DNA of 64,000 bases, from contig CAYMEV010000011.1 of assembly GCA_964389675.1 (NCBI GenBank), positions 1 to 64,000 on the forward strand. The letters are read 5' to 3'. Within the stretch, counting starts at the first letter, position 1. Each line of letters begins with the position of its first letter. Positions 9,570-19,331 of this stretch are shown here, piece by piece. The position numbers and the translations under genes are program-made. This DNA is from an uncultured Candidatus Sumerlaeota bacterium (GTDB lineage: Bacteria; CAYMEV01). The notes below the pieces were generated by a model. The model was not told the origin of the DNA. It was given only the letters and a program-made list of their open reading frames with translations, and ran no database searches.

Positions 9570-10719
9570 TAATCAGTTTTGGGTCAACTCTTTCAAATTT
9601 CAGCGTCCTGCACACATCGCAGCCGCTCTGCTTCAGTATTTCAATGCTCAGTTTGCCCGTTCCCGTTGCAAATATCTTATTGCATCCAGTACAGCGGTAG
9701 TATCTGATCTTTGGATTTACTTCAAAGGTATATATATCTTCATTAAATATATCGCTTTCTGCAATTATTGATCTGCTTGTCTGACAGGTAGATATCAGGT
9801 AGAGATCGCTCTGGTTTGAATACAGGGAATTCCCCTGGTATTTATTGAACCCGGGAAGAACAGACTCAATAAGCAGATTCATCTTCAGAATATCTTTCTG
9901 TATGCTCAAAAGGTCCTCGCGCATGATCCTGGGCAGATTCAAATATATCTTCCTGCCGGTACCCCACTTAAGCATTTCTACAGCCCTGGATAAAAAGAGC
10001 CTCACTCCATTTGCAGTATAGGGCGGGTCTGTGAAAACTATATCATTGATATCAAGATAAGCAGGCTCCATTTTTTCCTTAAGGTCCATATTTGTTACAT
10101 TTACAGGGTATTTATGCTTCCCTGCAATATTTGAAATATAGCATGTAAGCCTTTGATCACATTCATAAACCCTTATCCTGCATGGTATCGTTCCATTCCG
10201 GAATATATGCTGCAGGTACAGGCATATTGTGATCGAAGTGATATCATCATCACCCAGTATTGCAATATCTCTGCCAATCAGGGAATCATCAAAAAGCATA
10301 TGCTGCACTCTGTTTATCTGAGTTTCAATAGTGGAATGAGACTGATCAAGTGACCTGTCAGGCACGGGCCTTTCTTTTGAAAATTCTGAAAGCTCCCTTT
10401 TGATCTTTTCAATAACCCCTGTTTCTAATCTCAGGCATTCTGCTTTTGCATGAAACAGGTTTTCAGATAAATGGACCCCTTTTTCTGTCAGCACCAGGCC
10501 TGATGCTCTGTTTAAAATACCTGAATTTTCAAATTCTTTCCTGATTGCAGCAACAACAGGAAGAGGCAGTCTTGAAAAACGGGCGATCTCCTTTGTGGAA
10601 CCAGGTCCCAGAAAGAACAGGCAAAACAGCACTCTCCTGATACCCTCTTCCTTCTCAGCAAGCCCAATACTATCTGATATATCTTTAACTTTATAAAAGG
10701 GGTTTTCTAGATAGGACAT
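9547..10719 (-). CDS. Bis-aminopropyl spermidine synthase (BpsA/DUF43) family protein with C-terminal zinc ribbon
   Basis: RPVPDRSLDQ, ILGDDDITSI, VFTDPPYT..GVRLFLSRA, FNKY; C-terminal CTGC...CDVC. Confidence 0.82.
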   Translation of the reverse strand: MSYLENPFYKVKDISDSIGLAEKEEGIRRVLFCLFFLGPGSTKEIARFSRLPLPVVAAIRKEFENSGILNRASGLVLTEKGVHLSENLFHAKAECLRLETGVIEKIKRELSEFSKERPVPDRSLDQSHSTIETQINRVQHMLFDDSLIGRDIAILGDDDITSITICLYLQHIFRNGTIPCRIRVYECDQRLTCYISNIAGKHKYPVNVTNMDLKEKMEPAYLDINDIVFTDPPYTANGVRLFLSRAVEMLKWGTGRKIYLNLPRIMREDLLSIQKDILKMNLLIESVLPGFNKYQGNSLYSNQSDLYLISTCQTSRSIIAESDIFNEDIYTFEVNPKIRYYRCTGCNKIFATGTGKLSIEILKQSGCDVCRTLKFERVDPKLINAEKKQS

Positions 10720-10725
10720 TCAGTG

Positions 10726-11733
10726 CTATTGAAGTATCTCAACCTTGTATTTTTCTTGAAGCTCGGTAAAAAGCTCATTGACGAATTTGGATATCCTGCC
10801 CCTTTTAAGTGCATTTAAGATCTCTTCCCTTTTCTGGCCGAAATCATAAACACCCTCTCCCCTTTTATCTGTAACATAAATAATGTGATATCCAAACTTT
10901 GTTTTTACAGGTTCTGAGACTTTGCCTTTCTCCAGGCTGAAAGCAGAATCTTCAAATGGCTTCACCATCCTGCCTCTTTCAAAAAAACCCAGATCTCCGC
11001 CCTTTGATTTACTAGGGCAGTCCGAATACTCTTTAGCAATATTTTCAAAATCCTTGGAAGGATCCTTGATTTTGCCCTTTATCTCATTAATCCTTTTTAA
11101 TGCTTCTTCTTCGCCATACTTGTCAAAAGATACCAGGATATGCGAAGCCTTTACAGATTCTTTATGCTTAAATCTTTCTTTGTTGGAGTCATAGAAATCC
11201 TTGAGCTCCTGTTCTGTGGGATCGGTATAACCCCTTTCCTTGATGATCTTGTTAATTGCAAGCTCTCTGCTTATTTCCTTCTTAAAACTGTCCATGGTCA
11301 AACCCTGTTTGTTAATCAATTTTTCGAATGCTTCCATGGACTCAAAATTTTCTGTAATCTCTTTAATCCTTGTATTCAATTCCTCAGGAGACACAGCAAT
11401 ATTATTTTCAGCGATGTATAATTCAAGAACAGCATCATTGACAATTTTCCTGAGTATCTCTTTACTGTTGGCAGAAAGAACCTCCTGGGGTATATCCTCA
11501 ATCTTATGCCCGGTTAATGAAACAAGATCCTCTATCTTTTCATTAAGCTGTTTTTGTGTAATGACATCCGCGCCAATCCTCGCAACAATTTTTTCTTCAT
11601 CTTTAATAGCCTCAGTGGCCTTTTCTTCATCCTTGATTTCTTCACCAGTTTTTTCATCATTGGTTTCAGCTAAAGTAAAGGTAAACGAAAAAAATAAAAA
11701 TATTATCATACAAAAAATCAAAACTCTTTGCAT
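10726..11733 (-). CDS. Exported parvulin-type PPIase (SurA/PrsA-like)
   Basis: Signal peptide, SurA N-like region, ASHILV, YSDCPSKSKGGDLGFF, MVKPFE, FGYHII. Confidence 0.92.
   Translation of the reverse strand: MQRVLIFCMIIFLFFSFTFTLAETNDEKTGEEIKDEEKATEAIKDEEKIVARIGADVITQKQLNEKIEDLVSLTGHKIEDIPQEVLSANSKEILRKIVNDAVLELYIAENNIAVSPEELNTRIKEITENFESMEAFEKLINKQGLTMDSFKKEISRELAINKIIKERGYTDPTEQELKDFYDSNKERFKHKESVKASHILVSFDKYGEEEALKRINEIKGKIKDPSKDFENIAKEYSDCPSKSKGGDLGFFERGRMVKPFEDSAFSLEKGKVSEPVKTKFGYHIIYVTDKRGEGVYDFGQKREEILNALKRGRISKFVNELFTELQEKYKVEILQ
11591..11660 (-). repeat. Imperfect 30-nt tandem repeat (about 2.3 copies) encoding an acidic linker
   Basis: TTTTC(T/A)TCAT at 11591, 11621, 11651; encodes NDEKTGEEIK-DEEKATEAIK-DEEK. 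Confidence 0.6.
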
Positions 11734-12413
11734 AAACTTCCTCCATTATTTATTTGTAAAATTCCCGATTCAGCAAAACATTCATATATATAATTGATTG
11801 CTTCAAAATCTGAGCTTTCATCTTCCAGTTTAATATATTTGCTATAGAAAATATCGATGCTGTTTTCAGGTATATCGCAAATCACAGATATTATAAGCAG
11901 GATCTTTGCCACCATGAAATCCAGGATCAGCCTTTTTCCGGGCTGATTATTATCAAGCTTTATCATCTTCTTCTTTATTAGGCGGTTAAAAGACATTGCC
12001 CGGCTTATCCTCGATCCGGAAAGCTTATTGAAAAGTATCGAATATTCCCTGTTGACTATATGTGAAATAAGGCCGTCACTTATAAGCAGATGGTCGCTTC
12101 TGCGGAAGCTGTCATCTGTATAACCGGACTCACAGCTCTTTTCAATATTTTTTATTGATATATGATAAAGCTCGCATAGGGTTATTAATTCATCAATAAC
12201 ATCCCCCTCTAAAAGACCTGCGGGATTATTCTTCAATATCAGGAGAAGAAGAACTGATGCAGGGCTGTATTCACAGCATCCGGGCAAATGGCTCAGGCTT
12301 CCAATACCATAGTGCTCATCTAATGAAAGAAGCCTTCTGCTTTCCATCATTCTCGATATGGAATCTTTTCCCAGATCAACTTCTTCCTTGCTAAACACGG
12401 CTGAATTCGCCAT
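11718..12413 (-). CDS. Hypothetical helical protein, possibly a degenerate prenyltransferase fold
   Basis: Fills operon between bactofilin and PPIase; ATG 12413 has GGAG upstream; CELYH...RR...LLISDGL pattern. Confidence 0.55.
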   Translation of the reverse strand: MANSAVFSKEEVDLGKDSISRMMESRRLLSLDEHYGIGSLSHLPGCCEYSPASVLLLLILKNNPAGLLEGDVIDELITLCELYHISIKNIEKSCESGYTDDSFRRSDHLLISDGLISHIVNREYSILFNKLSGSRISRAMSFNRLIKKKMIKLDNNQPGKRLILDFMVAKILLIISVICDIPENSIDIFYSKYIKLEDESSDFEAINYIYECFAESGILQINNGGSLCKEF

Positions 12414-12822
12414 CAAATACTGCTCCCTCTTCAATTATGAATGTTTTTCCTTTAATACTTGAATTCACTGCACAGTTCGGGAAGAGCTTTACCATATTTT
12501 TGGCTATTATTTCCCCTCTGCATTTTCCATAGATAATGATATCCTGCGCTTCTACCCTGCCGTCAATCTGACTTCCTTCAAGGCTGACAACAGTGTTGTT
12601 GCAGATAATATTGCCTTTGAACCTGCCTGCAATAAATATTGCCTGGCTGGAGTTAATGTCCCCCTTGATATTGCATTGTCTTGATATAATGCTGAATGCA
12701 GACTCAGAATCCATTTCAGTTCTGGATAACAGCTTATTCTTGTTGATAAGGTCATCAGGCATTGTATGAAGATTTGCAGATTTAGAAAGCTTGTCAACCA
12801 TATCATTTATTTTCGAATTCAT
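12391..12822 (-). CDS. Bactofilin (polymer-forming cytoskeletal protein)
   Basis: SIIS..CNIKGDI...IAGRFKGNI...IDGRVEA..IIIYG...IIEEGAVFDG beta-helix pattern; ATG 12822 follows GAGG. Confidence 0.88.
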   Translation of the reverse strand: MNSKINDMVDKLSKSANLHTMPDDLINKNKLLSRTEMDSESAFSIISRQCNIKGDINSSQAIFIAGRFKGNIICNNTVVSLEGSQIDGRVEAQDIIIYGKCRGEIIAKNMVKLFPNCAVNSSIKGKTFIIEEGAVFDGEFSRV

Positions 12823-13007
12823 AGAACACCTCTCTGTGTTATTGGAAAACCTGCCAGCAGACACATTTTCATTTAATGATCCCAATAAAGGGATATCATT
12901 AAAAAACTATTACTAATTAATATGAAAAGCAAGATATTTTATAAACCTTAAACTGAAAGAAGCTTTTGACTTTTTATCTTATACATATATTATCTGTATA
13001 TAATTTC

Positions 13008-13532
13008 ATGATTAATGATATAAAAAAGATAAAAGCCTGTATATTTTTTGCATTAATGGCCAGGACAAACGATGAAATGGACAGATTCTCCTCATTGTAT
13101 TCAAAGGAGATAAATGCAAATATTATTTATTCCAGCAATACAGTTATTTTTACGGACTTCAGCTGTTATTACAATAAAGAGATGGGTAATAAGATCTTTA
13201 AGAAACTGTTTTTGACCGACAAAATAGTAGACTGTCATAAAATCTCATCTCTGAAGGACATCTCAAATAATCTCGAAACAAGATTTTCCACTGATAATAA
13301 AAGAATTTTCAATATTGACCCCGGCTATATGAACTCTCATCAGATAGTACTTCTTACCACCAAGTTCTCACCGCACAGGATACCCATAGACGCCCAGCTG
13401 TGGGCAGAGATAACTCTTCTCAGGCACAACAGGATGTGGTACCCGCTTCTTTGGACATATAAGGATTACAGGTCAGAGGAATTCATATCATTCTTTGATG
13501 AAGCCAGGATAATTATAAAAAAGTCGGGTTAA
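13008..13532 (+). CDS. DUF4416 family protein
   Basis: YYNKEMG, RIFNIDPGY, TTKFSPHRI, WTYKDY. Confidence 0.85.
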   Translation: MINDIKKIKACIFFALMARTNDEMDRFSSLYSKEINANIIYSSNTVIFTDFSCYYNKEMGNKIFKKLFLTDKIVDCHKISSLKDISNNLETRFSTDNKRIFNIDPGYMNSHQIVLLTTKFSPHRIPIDAQLWAEITLLRHNRMWYPLLWTYKDYRSEEFISFFDEARIIIKKSG

Positions 13533-13540
13533 TACAGGAT

Positions 13541-15049
13541 ATGGATAGAAAAGTAACACTTCTTTCTCCCTATACTGATCTGACATCTTTCGGACTGCGT
13601 TCTGTCTCGGCAAACCTGAAAAAAAGCGGCATAGGGACATCTATTGTCTTTATGATCGACCCGGAAGACCTGCATATAAAATCCAACAGGCAAATGAATT
13701 TCTACAGTGAAAAGATCATACAGGAGATAGCTGAAATCTCGGAAGGCTCCTTGTTCATCGGAATCTCATTAATGTCCTGCTTCTTTGATAAAATCAGAGA
13801 CCTGACTGTACGTTTGAAAAATTATACTGACATTCCGGTTGTATGGGGAGGGATCCATGCTTTCATAGACTGGGAGGAATCATGCCGATATGCTGATTTT
13901 ACGGTTGTGGGAGATGGCGAGATCACCGCCTGCAGGCTTGCTTCCCTGCTTCTGGAAAAGGATAGAGATAATATTAAGGAATCTGACATTAAAAGCATAC
14001 CCAACCTCACTTATGCCAAAAAAGGGGAATTAATATATAAATCTGACACTCTGGGGCTTGTTATTGAAAATCTTGATTCCATCCCCATACCGGATATAGA
14101 TCCCGAAAACAAATATTTAACCTGGAACAATGAATTAATCCCTTTTACCAGTGAATATTACTATGATTTTCAGATAAAGAATCCATTATACGGCCTTGAA
14201 GGTGAAATATACTATCAGACATTGTCTTCCAGAGGATGCCCGCATTCCTGTACATACTGCTCCAATAATCTCCTCAGGAGATTGAGCAGGGGAAAATACC
14301 TGAGGTTCAGAAGCCCAGGGCATATAATCGAGGAGCTCCGGCTTGCAATTAAGATATATGATAAAACATCCTACATAGTGTTCAGTGATGATTCTTTCTT
14401 TGCAATGTCCAGAAAGAATATTGCTGAATTTGCATCTCTCTATAAAAAACTGATCAAGCTTCCCTTCAGATGCCTTGTTTCACCTACAACTATAGATGAA
14501 GAAAAACTGGATTTATTCGTTGAATGCGGCCTGAAAAGCATTCAGATGGGTATTGAATCCGGATCGCCTGAAACACTTGAATTATATAAAAGAGCTGGAA
14601 GCCTGAAGGCTGTTGAAAATTCAATAAATATGCTGAACAGGTTCAAGGACAGGATTGATCCTCCAATATATGATTTTATAGTGGATAATCCTTTTGAACC
14701 TGAAAAAAACAGGATCGAAACGCTAAAATTTATGCTTAATATTCCCAGGCCTTTCAGAATTCAGCTATTTTCATTAATATTATTTCCAAAAACAGAGCTT
14801 TATGATAAATACATTAAAGAAAACCTGTCAAACAGCAGGAGCATTGATATTAAAAACAGGCAGTTTTTTGAAATTGAAATTAATTATATAAATATTCTCA
14901 TGATAATGATAAGAAAAAACTTTCCATTACCGATAATAAAGATCTTTTCAAATAAGCTGGCCATAAGGCTTTTTGGTTTCAGGCCAGTTGGCCGTGCTCT
15001 TTATCTGCTTATTGCAGCTTTAAAAAAAATAAAAAGGATCTATTCATGA
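13541..15049 (+). CDS. B12-binding domain radical SAM protein
   Basis: VVWGGIHA, VGDGE, SRGCPHSCTYC, FSDDSF, MGIESGS. Confidence 0.9.
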   Translation: MDRKVTLLSPYTDLTSFGLRSVSANLKKSGIGTSIVFMIDPEDLHIKSNRQMNFYSEKIIQEIAEISEGSLFIGISLMSCFFDKIRDLTVRLKNYTDIPVVWGGIHAFIDWEESCRYADFTVVGDGEITACRLASLLLEKDRDNIKESDIKSIPNLTYAKKGELIYKSDTLGLVIENLDSIPIPDIDPENKYLTWNNELIPFTSEYYYDFQIKNPLYGLEGEIYYQTLSSRGCPHSCTYCSNNLLRRLSRGKYLRFRSPGHIIEELRLAIKIYDKTSYIVFSDDSFFAMSRKNIAEFASLYKKLIKLPFRCLVSPTTIDEEKLDLFVECGLKSIQMGIESGSPETLELYKRAGSLKAVENSINMLNRFKDRIDPPIYDFIVDNPFEPEKNRIETLKFMLNIPRPFRIQLFSLILFPKTELYDKYIKENLSNSRSIDIKNRQFFEIEINYINILMIMIRKNFPLPIIKIFSNKLAIRLFGFRPVGRALYLLIAALKKIKRIYS

Positions 15050-16368
15050 AAATTCTATTTCTGCAGTCATATACATATGGAAAAGAAAATATCATATACC
15101 CCATAGGGATTGTAAATATCGGAACTGTATTAAAACAGGAGAAACACAATGTAAAGCTTATTGACCTGAACCTTTTGGGTGAGTCATATATGCCTGAGGT
15201 CAGGGGTATTATAAACAGTTTTGATCCTGATATAATCGGTGTATCAATAAGGAATATTGATTCCACTCATGAAAGCAGGGTAAAGTTCTTTTATGAATAT
15301 GTCCCTTCACTAATAAAACTGATAAAAGATTCGAAAGAAAGCGCTCTTTTAATAGCAGGCGGTCCTGGTTTCAGCCTTTTTTCAAAAGAGATAATGGGTG
15401 AGAACCCTGAAATTGATTTTGGAATTATAGGCGAGGGAGAACAAACCATTCTTAGACTGCTTCTGAATATGGATGACCTGGATAATGTCGAGAATATTTG
15501 TTTCAGGAAGGAAAGTGAAGTTGTTTTCACGCCAAGAAACTATAAAAATGAGATATTTGAGTATATCAGCCCTGACTATTCCCTTTTATCACCTTCTCAG
15601 TATTATAAGGATGGAGAATATGCAATTGGAATTGAGACAAAAAGAGGGTGCGCCATGAAATGCTCATACTGCTCATATCCATATCTTAATGGTTCCAGTT
15701 TCAGATACAGAAAAACCAGCCTTATTCTGGATGATATAAAAAAGCTGTATCATGAATACGGCATCCGGAGCTTTACTTTCATTGATTCAGTATTCAACCG
15801 CCCGTTGAAATACAGCATTGATCTTGTATTGGGCATAAAAGAAATGAACCTCCCGGTAAACTGGTCTGCATGGTTCTCCGAACAGGGCTTTACCAGGGAT
15901 TATGCAAAATTGTGCAACGAAGCAGGGTGCAATTTCTTTACATTTTCTCCTGATGGTTTCTCAAAAGAGACGCTTATTGCACTTAAAAAGGGAATTAAAA
16001 CAAGCGAGATAGTAAAGATGCCTTATATAATGAAGGATTTTAAGAACATATCAATAATAATAAACTTTTTCAGGTTTCCTCCCAATCAGACCCTGATGGG
16101 ATTTATCAGGCTTCTGGTCTTCTACATTAAGACCAAACTGATCCTCAAGGGGAAGCTGAGAGGAATTGGTTTAAACAGGATCAGGATTGAACCCTTTACT
16201 GATATTTACAAAAGGGCTCTGAATGAAGGCATTATTGAAAAGGAAAGAAGCCTGCTTCGGCCTGTATTTTACAAAAACAGGAGAATGCACATATTTGAAA
16301 ATGCATTTAATATCCTTATCACTGTAAAGAACTTTTTAAAGGATGCATTCCGGCACAGCAGGCCATGA
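15046..16368 (+). CDS. B12-binding radical SAM protein, resembling the lipid-biosynthesis-associated type
   Basis: YPIGI, IGVSIRNIDS, GGPGFSLF, GEGE, TKRGCAMKCSYCSYPYLNG, FIDSVFN; ATGA overlap with upstream gene. Confidence 0.88.
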   Translation: MKILFLQSYTYGKENIIYPIGIVNIGTVLKQEKHNVKLIDLNLLGESYMPEVRGIINSFDPDIIGVSIRNIDSTHESRVKFFYEYVPSLIKLIKDSKESALLIAGGPGFSLFSKEIMGENPEIDFGIIGEGEQTILRLLLNMDDLDNVENICFRKESEVVFTPRNYKNEIFEYISPDYSLLSPSQYYKDGEYAIGIETKRGCAMKCSYCSYPYLNGSSFRYRKTSLILDDIKKLYHEYGIRSFTFIDSVFNRPLKYSIDLVLGIKEMNLPVNWSAWFSEQGFTRDYAKLCNEAGCNFFTFSPDGFSKETLIALKKGIKTSEIVKMPYIMKDFKNISIIINFFRFPPNQTLMGFIRLLVFYIKTKLILKGKLRGIGLNRIRIEPFTDIYKRALNEGIIEKERSLLRPVFYKNRRMHIFENAFNILITVKNFLKDAFRHSRP

Positions 16369-17258
16369 AGACGAATGAATCTTTCCTGAGGGACCTGGCA
16401 AGGCTTGTTGTATGGTATCCCATAAGGTATATCATTGCTGTTCTTCCCTTAAGGGTTTCTTTTAAGATTATTGACCTTATCTCTTTTATTCATTATTTAA
16501 TCCTCCCTCGTGAAAAGATCAGAATACTGGAATATAATATATCCCTGATAAATCCTGGACTGGAATCCAGTCAAAAATCCATTATTAAAAAGTATATAAA
16601 AAATCATTACAGAAACCAGCTGTTCATCTTCTGCATCAAGAAGCTGAAAGCAGAAAAAGGAATAATAGCTGCCGATAAATCCATAAATATCATCAGGGAT
16701 GCTCAGAAATCCAGGACCGGGGTAATTATAATCCATCTTCATTTCTGCATTCCTCAGCTGGCATTATTGTATTTTAATTCTCTCGGCTATGAAACAGGCC
16801 AGATATACCATATCAATGATGAAGATATCTCTTGTGTGGGAGAAAAGGTTCAAAAACGGATACGTGAAAAGCTCGAAAGAAAAATTGGCTCAAGAATGTT
16901 TCCGGCAAGGTTCTTTATACGCGATGTAATCAAATGGCTAAATGAAGGCAAAATACTTTTTATTTCAGGAGATGGCGCAGGCTATGGAAGAAATTTCGGA
17001 AAAACCGCTGAATCTCTCCTTTTTGGAAACAGATACGATTTTCCTGCTGATTATGTCAGAATTGCACAGAAAACTGGCAGTATACTGTTAAGCATGGAGA
17101 TTTCAGAACTTAAACCTTATCATTACAGGGCTTTTTTCAGGCCGTTTCCGAAGGGTGCAAGCACACAGGCCGCTATTCAATGGTATTCAGAAGAGGCTGA
17201 AAATCAGATAAGCAAAGCACCTCATTCATGGCATTTCCTGGACTGGAAAAGAGATTAG
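16365..17258 (+). CDS. LpxL/HtrB-like lipid acyltransferase family protein (divergent)
   Basis: N-terminal membrane segment LPLRVS, GVIIIHLHF, LNEGKILFISGD, C-terminal ISKAPHSWHF resembling the PEQW motif. Confidence 0.65.
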   Translation: MKTNESFLRDLARLVVWYPIRYIIAVLPLRVSFKIIDLISFIHYLILPREKIRILEYNISLINPGLESSQKSIIKKYIKNHYRNQLFIFCIKKLKAEKGIIAADKSINIIRDAQKSRTGVIIIHLHFCIPQLALLYFNSLGYETGQIYHINDEDISCVGEKVQKRIREKLERKIGSRMFPARFFIRDVIKWLNEGKILFISGDGAGYGRNFGKTAESLLFGNRYDFPADYVRIAQKTGSILLSMEISELKPYHYRAFFRPFPKGASTQAAIQWYSEEAENQISKAPHSWHFLDWKRD

Positions 17259-18106
17259 AAAACCCTAAACTTGAAATATGTATTAGCGATCTGTATTATA
17301 TCCCCATCTCCGACGGACATGCAGTTTTCAACCCGATTCCCGTTTACAAATGTACCATTTGTGCTTTTTAGGTCTTCTATAATAAAACACCCCTCATCCT
17401 TTGAATATTTGATTATAGCATGTTTTTTGCTCATCCTTGGGTCCATAACGGATATATCCGTAAATCCCCTTCCTATGCTTGCCTCTTCATCTTTGTTTAT
17501 TTCAAAGGTAATACTCTCGTCGTCAGATTCCATGATTAAACTGGCCCTGGAAACATTTAAAGCTATGCTTTCATCATCTTTTTTCTCAGCATAATCTTTC
17601 CATTTCTCTTTATTATTGCCGATATTAAGTTCAAGTGTTTCCGCACCTGAAGTCAGTTCTCTCTCTTTGGAGGCTTCATTATTGAACAGGTATCCATCAA
17701 GATAAATCAATCTCATATTCTCTTTATTAATGCTGTCTCCAAGGGAGAGAAGCTTTTTACCCGCTGCAAGATTATTAACAGAGACATTTTTCTTTTCATT
17801 TATGAAAAGATACCCGCCAGGAGTCTTCTGGAGCACAAAATCAGGGTCTTTATTTTCCTGAAGAAGCTCACCATCCTTAATCTTAAAACCATAATAATTT
17901 TCCTGCAAAAGGAGGCTCCTGCCATTTACAATGAGATAGTGGAAAGGCTTATAATCCGGTTTTTTAACCGGATTATACGGCAGTATCTGTGAATCCTTGT
18001 ATAAAAGTATATTTTTACACCTTGGACATTTAAATGCTACATTGTTTTTATTTTTTTTGCTTTTTATTTTAAGCCTTGACTGACAGTATACACATCTTAA
18101 TTCCAT
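17255..18106 (-). CDS. Zinc-ribbon and FHA domain protein
   Basis: N-terminal CVYC...CPRC; C-terminal FHA SIGRG...MSKKHA...DLKSTNGTFVNG. Confidence 0.85.
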   Translation of the reverse strand: MELRCVYCQSRLKIKSKKNKNNVAFKCPRCKNILLYKDSQILPYNPVKKPDYKPFHYLIVNGRSLLLQENYYGFKIKDGELLQENKDPDFVLQKTPGGYLFINEKKNVSVNNLAAGKKLLSLGDSINKENMRLIYLDGYLFNNEASKERELTSGAETLELNIGNNKEKWKDYAEKKDDESIALNVSRASLIMESDDESITFEINKDEEASIGRGFTDISVMDPRMSKKHAIIKYSKDEGCFIIEDLKSTNGTFVNGNRVENCMSVGDGDIIQIANTYFKFRVF

Positions 18107-18257
18107 AATTTTAAGGTTTTCCTTTCCTCCATAATACATTCAGCAATTAATTAATCAACATTTTTAATGAAGAGTCCTTAATATTATTTACTCTTGACTG
18201 AAGACAGGCAAAATATTAATATCTTTAATATAGTACCTGTCAAGGAGCGTTAATTTA

Positions 18258-19175
18258 ATGTCAAAAAAATTGCTGATATCTCTGATGTTTATAATGAGCA
18301 TTTTCCCATGTTTTTTCTACAGCTATAATATTGTACTGGAACCCGAAAAGGACTTCTATTATATAAATGAAGCCATAAATATCAGGTTTATTCTCTCCTC
18401 TGAAAATAATACAGCTGATGAGAAGATCGATATAAGTTCCATAAGCATTAACGATATGGCCCTGATGGCCGATTCCCAGGAAGTAAAGAAAAATAATGGC
18501 ATCAGCTCAGTCTTTCAGCCTGTACCTGACATTCTCAAACCAGGCACCCAGATAATCCAGACTCTTGACCTGAAGAAGATATTCTCGATCGATCATACCG
18601 GCAAATACATTCTTATATACAGAAACACAGAACTTGAGTTTGATATAATACCGGATTACAACCCTGACCTGGATTACATTGCCATTATCAGAACTGATTT
18701 CGGCGATATAAAAGTTAAATTCTTTAAGAAGACAGCCCCGGGCACTGTCAAAAATTTTATAGATCTGGCAAACAGGGGCTTCTACAATAATCTTACATTT
18801 CACAGGGTTATACCCGGTTTTGTTATACAGGGAGGATGCCCTAACGGGGATGGTACCGGAGGGCCGGGCTACACAATCGATGCAGAAATAAGCGACACAA
18901 AACATCTGAGGGGATCATTATCCATGGCAAGGGGCGACGATATAAATTCAGCCGGAAGCCAGTTCTTTATCTGCCTTGAGGATCTGCCGAGGCTGGATTT
19001 CAGATATACTGTCTTTGGCCAGGTATTCGAAGGAATGGAAGCAGTGGATAAGATTTCATCTGTAAAAACGACAGGGCATGAGAAAGAGCCGTATGACAGC
19101 CCTTTAGAACCGGTTTACATAAGGAAAATAGTGATAGATGATTCAGAACAGGGTAATGCCCTTTCAGAGAAATAA
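18258..19175 (+). CDS. Exported cyclophilin-type PPIase with extra N-terminal domain
   Basis: Signal peptide; [39 protein letters not shown]. Confidence 0.92.
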   Translation: MSKKLLISLMFIMSIFPCFFYSYNIVLEPEKDFYYINEAINIRFILSSENNTADEKIDISSISINDMALMADSQEVKKNNGISSVFQPVPDILKPGTQIIQTLDLKKIFSIDHTGKYILIYRNTELEFDIIPDYNPDLDYIAIIRTDFGDIKVKFFKKTAPGTVKNFIDLANRGFYNNLTFHRVIPGFVIQGGCPNGDGTGGPGYTIDAEISDTKHLRGSLSMARGDDINSAGSQFFICLEDLPRLDFRYTVFGQVFEGMEAVDKISSVKTTGHEKEPYDSPLEPVYIRKIVIDDSEQGNALSEK

Positions 19176-19331
19176 TACTGCAATCCATGCTATTGCAATT
19201 GCAGCAGCCAGCAGAATCACATATTCTCTGAGCCCCTTTTTCAATCCTGCAGAAAAATCAGGGTTGATAATAACATTGTATACAAGGCTGTAGACAAGCA
19301 GGATAAATGCAAACAGAAGAAACTGTATCAT
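19164..19331 (-). CDS. Small two-TM membrane protein (55 aa, absent from ORF track)
   Basis: Own translation [59 protein letters not shown] overlap with the upstream gene's stop. Confidence 0.7.
   Translation of the reverse strand: MIQFLLFAFILLVYSLVYNVIINPDFSAGLKKGLREYVILLAAAIAIAWIAVLFL

Noticed and set aside
11240-11797. Long antisense ORFs (e.g. 11240-11797, 45796-46415, 51030-51512, 58675-59160)
   Set aside because: Lie opposite well-supported genes, have Ser/Ile/Phe-rich shadow composition and no motifs.
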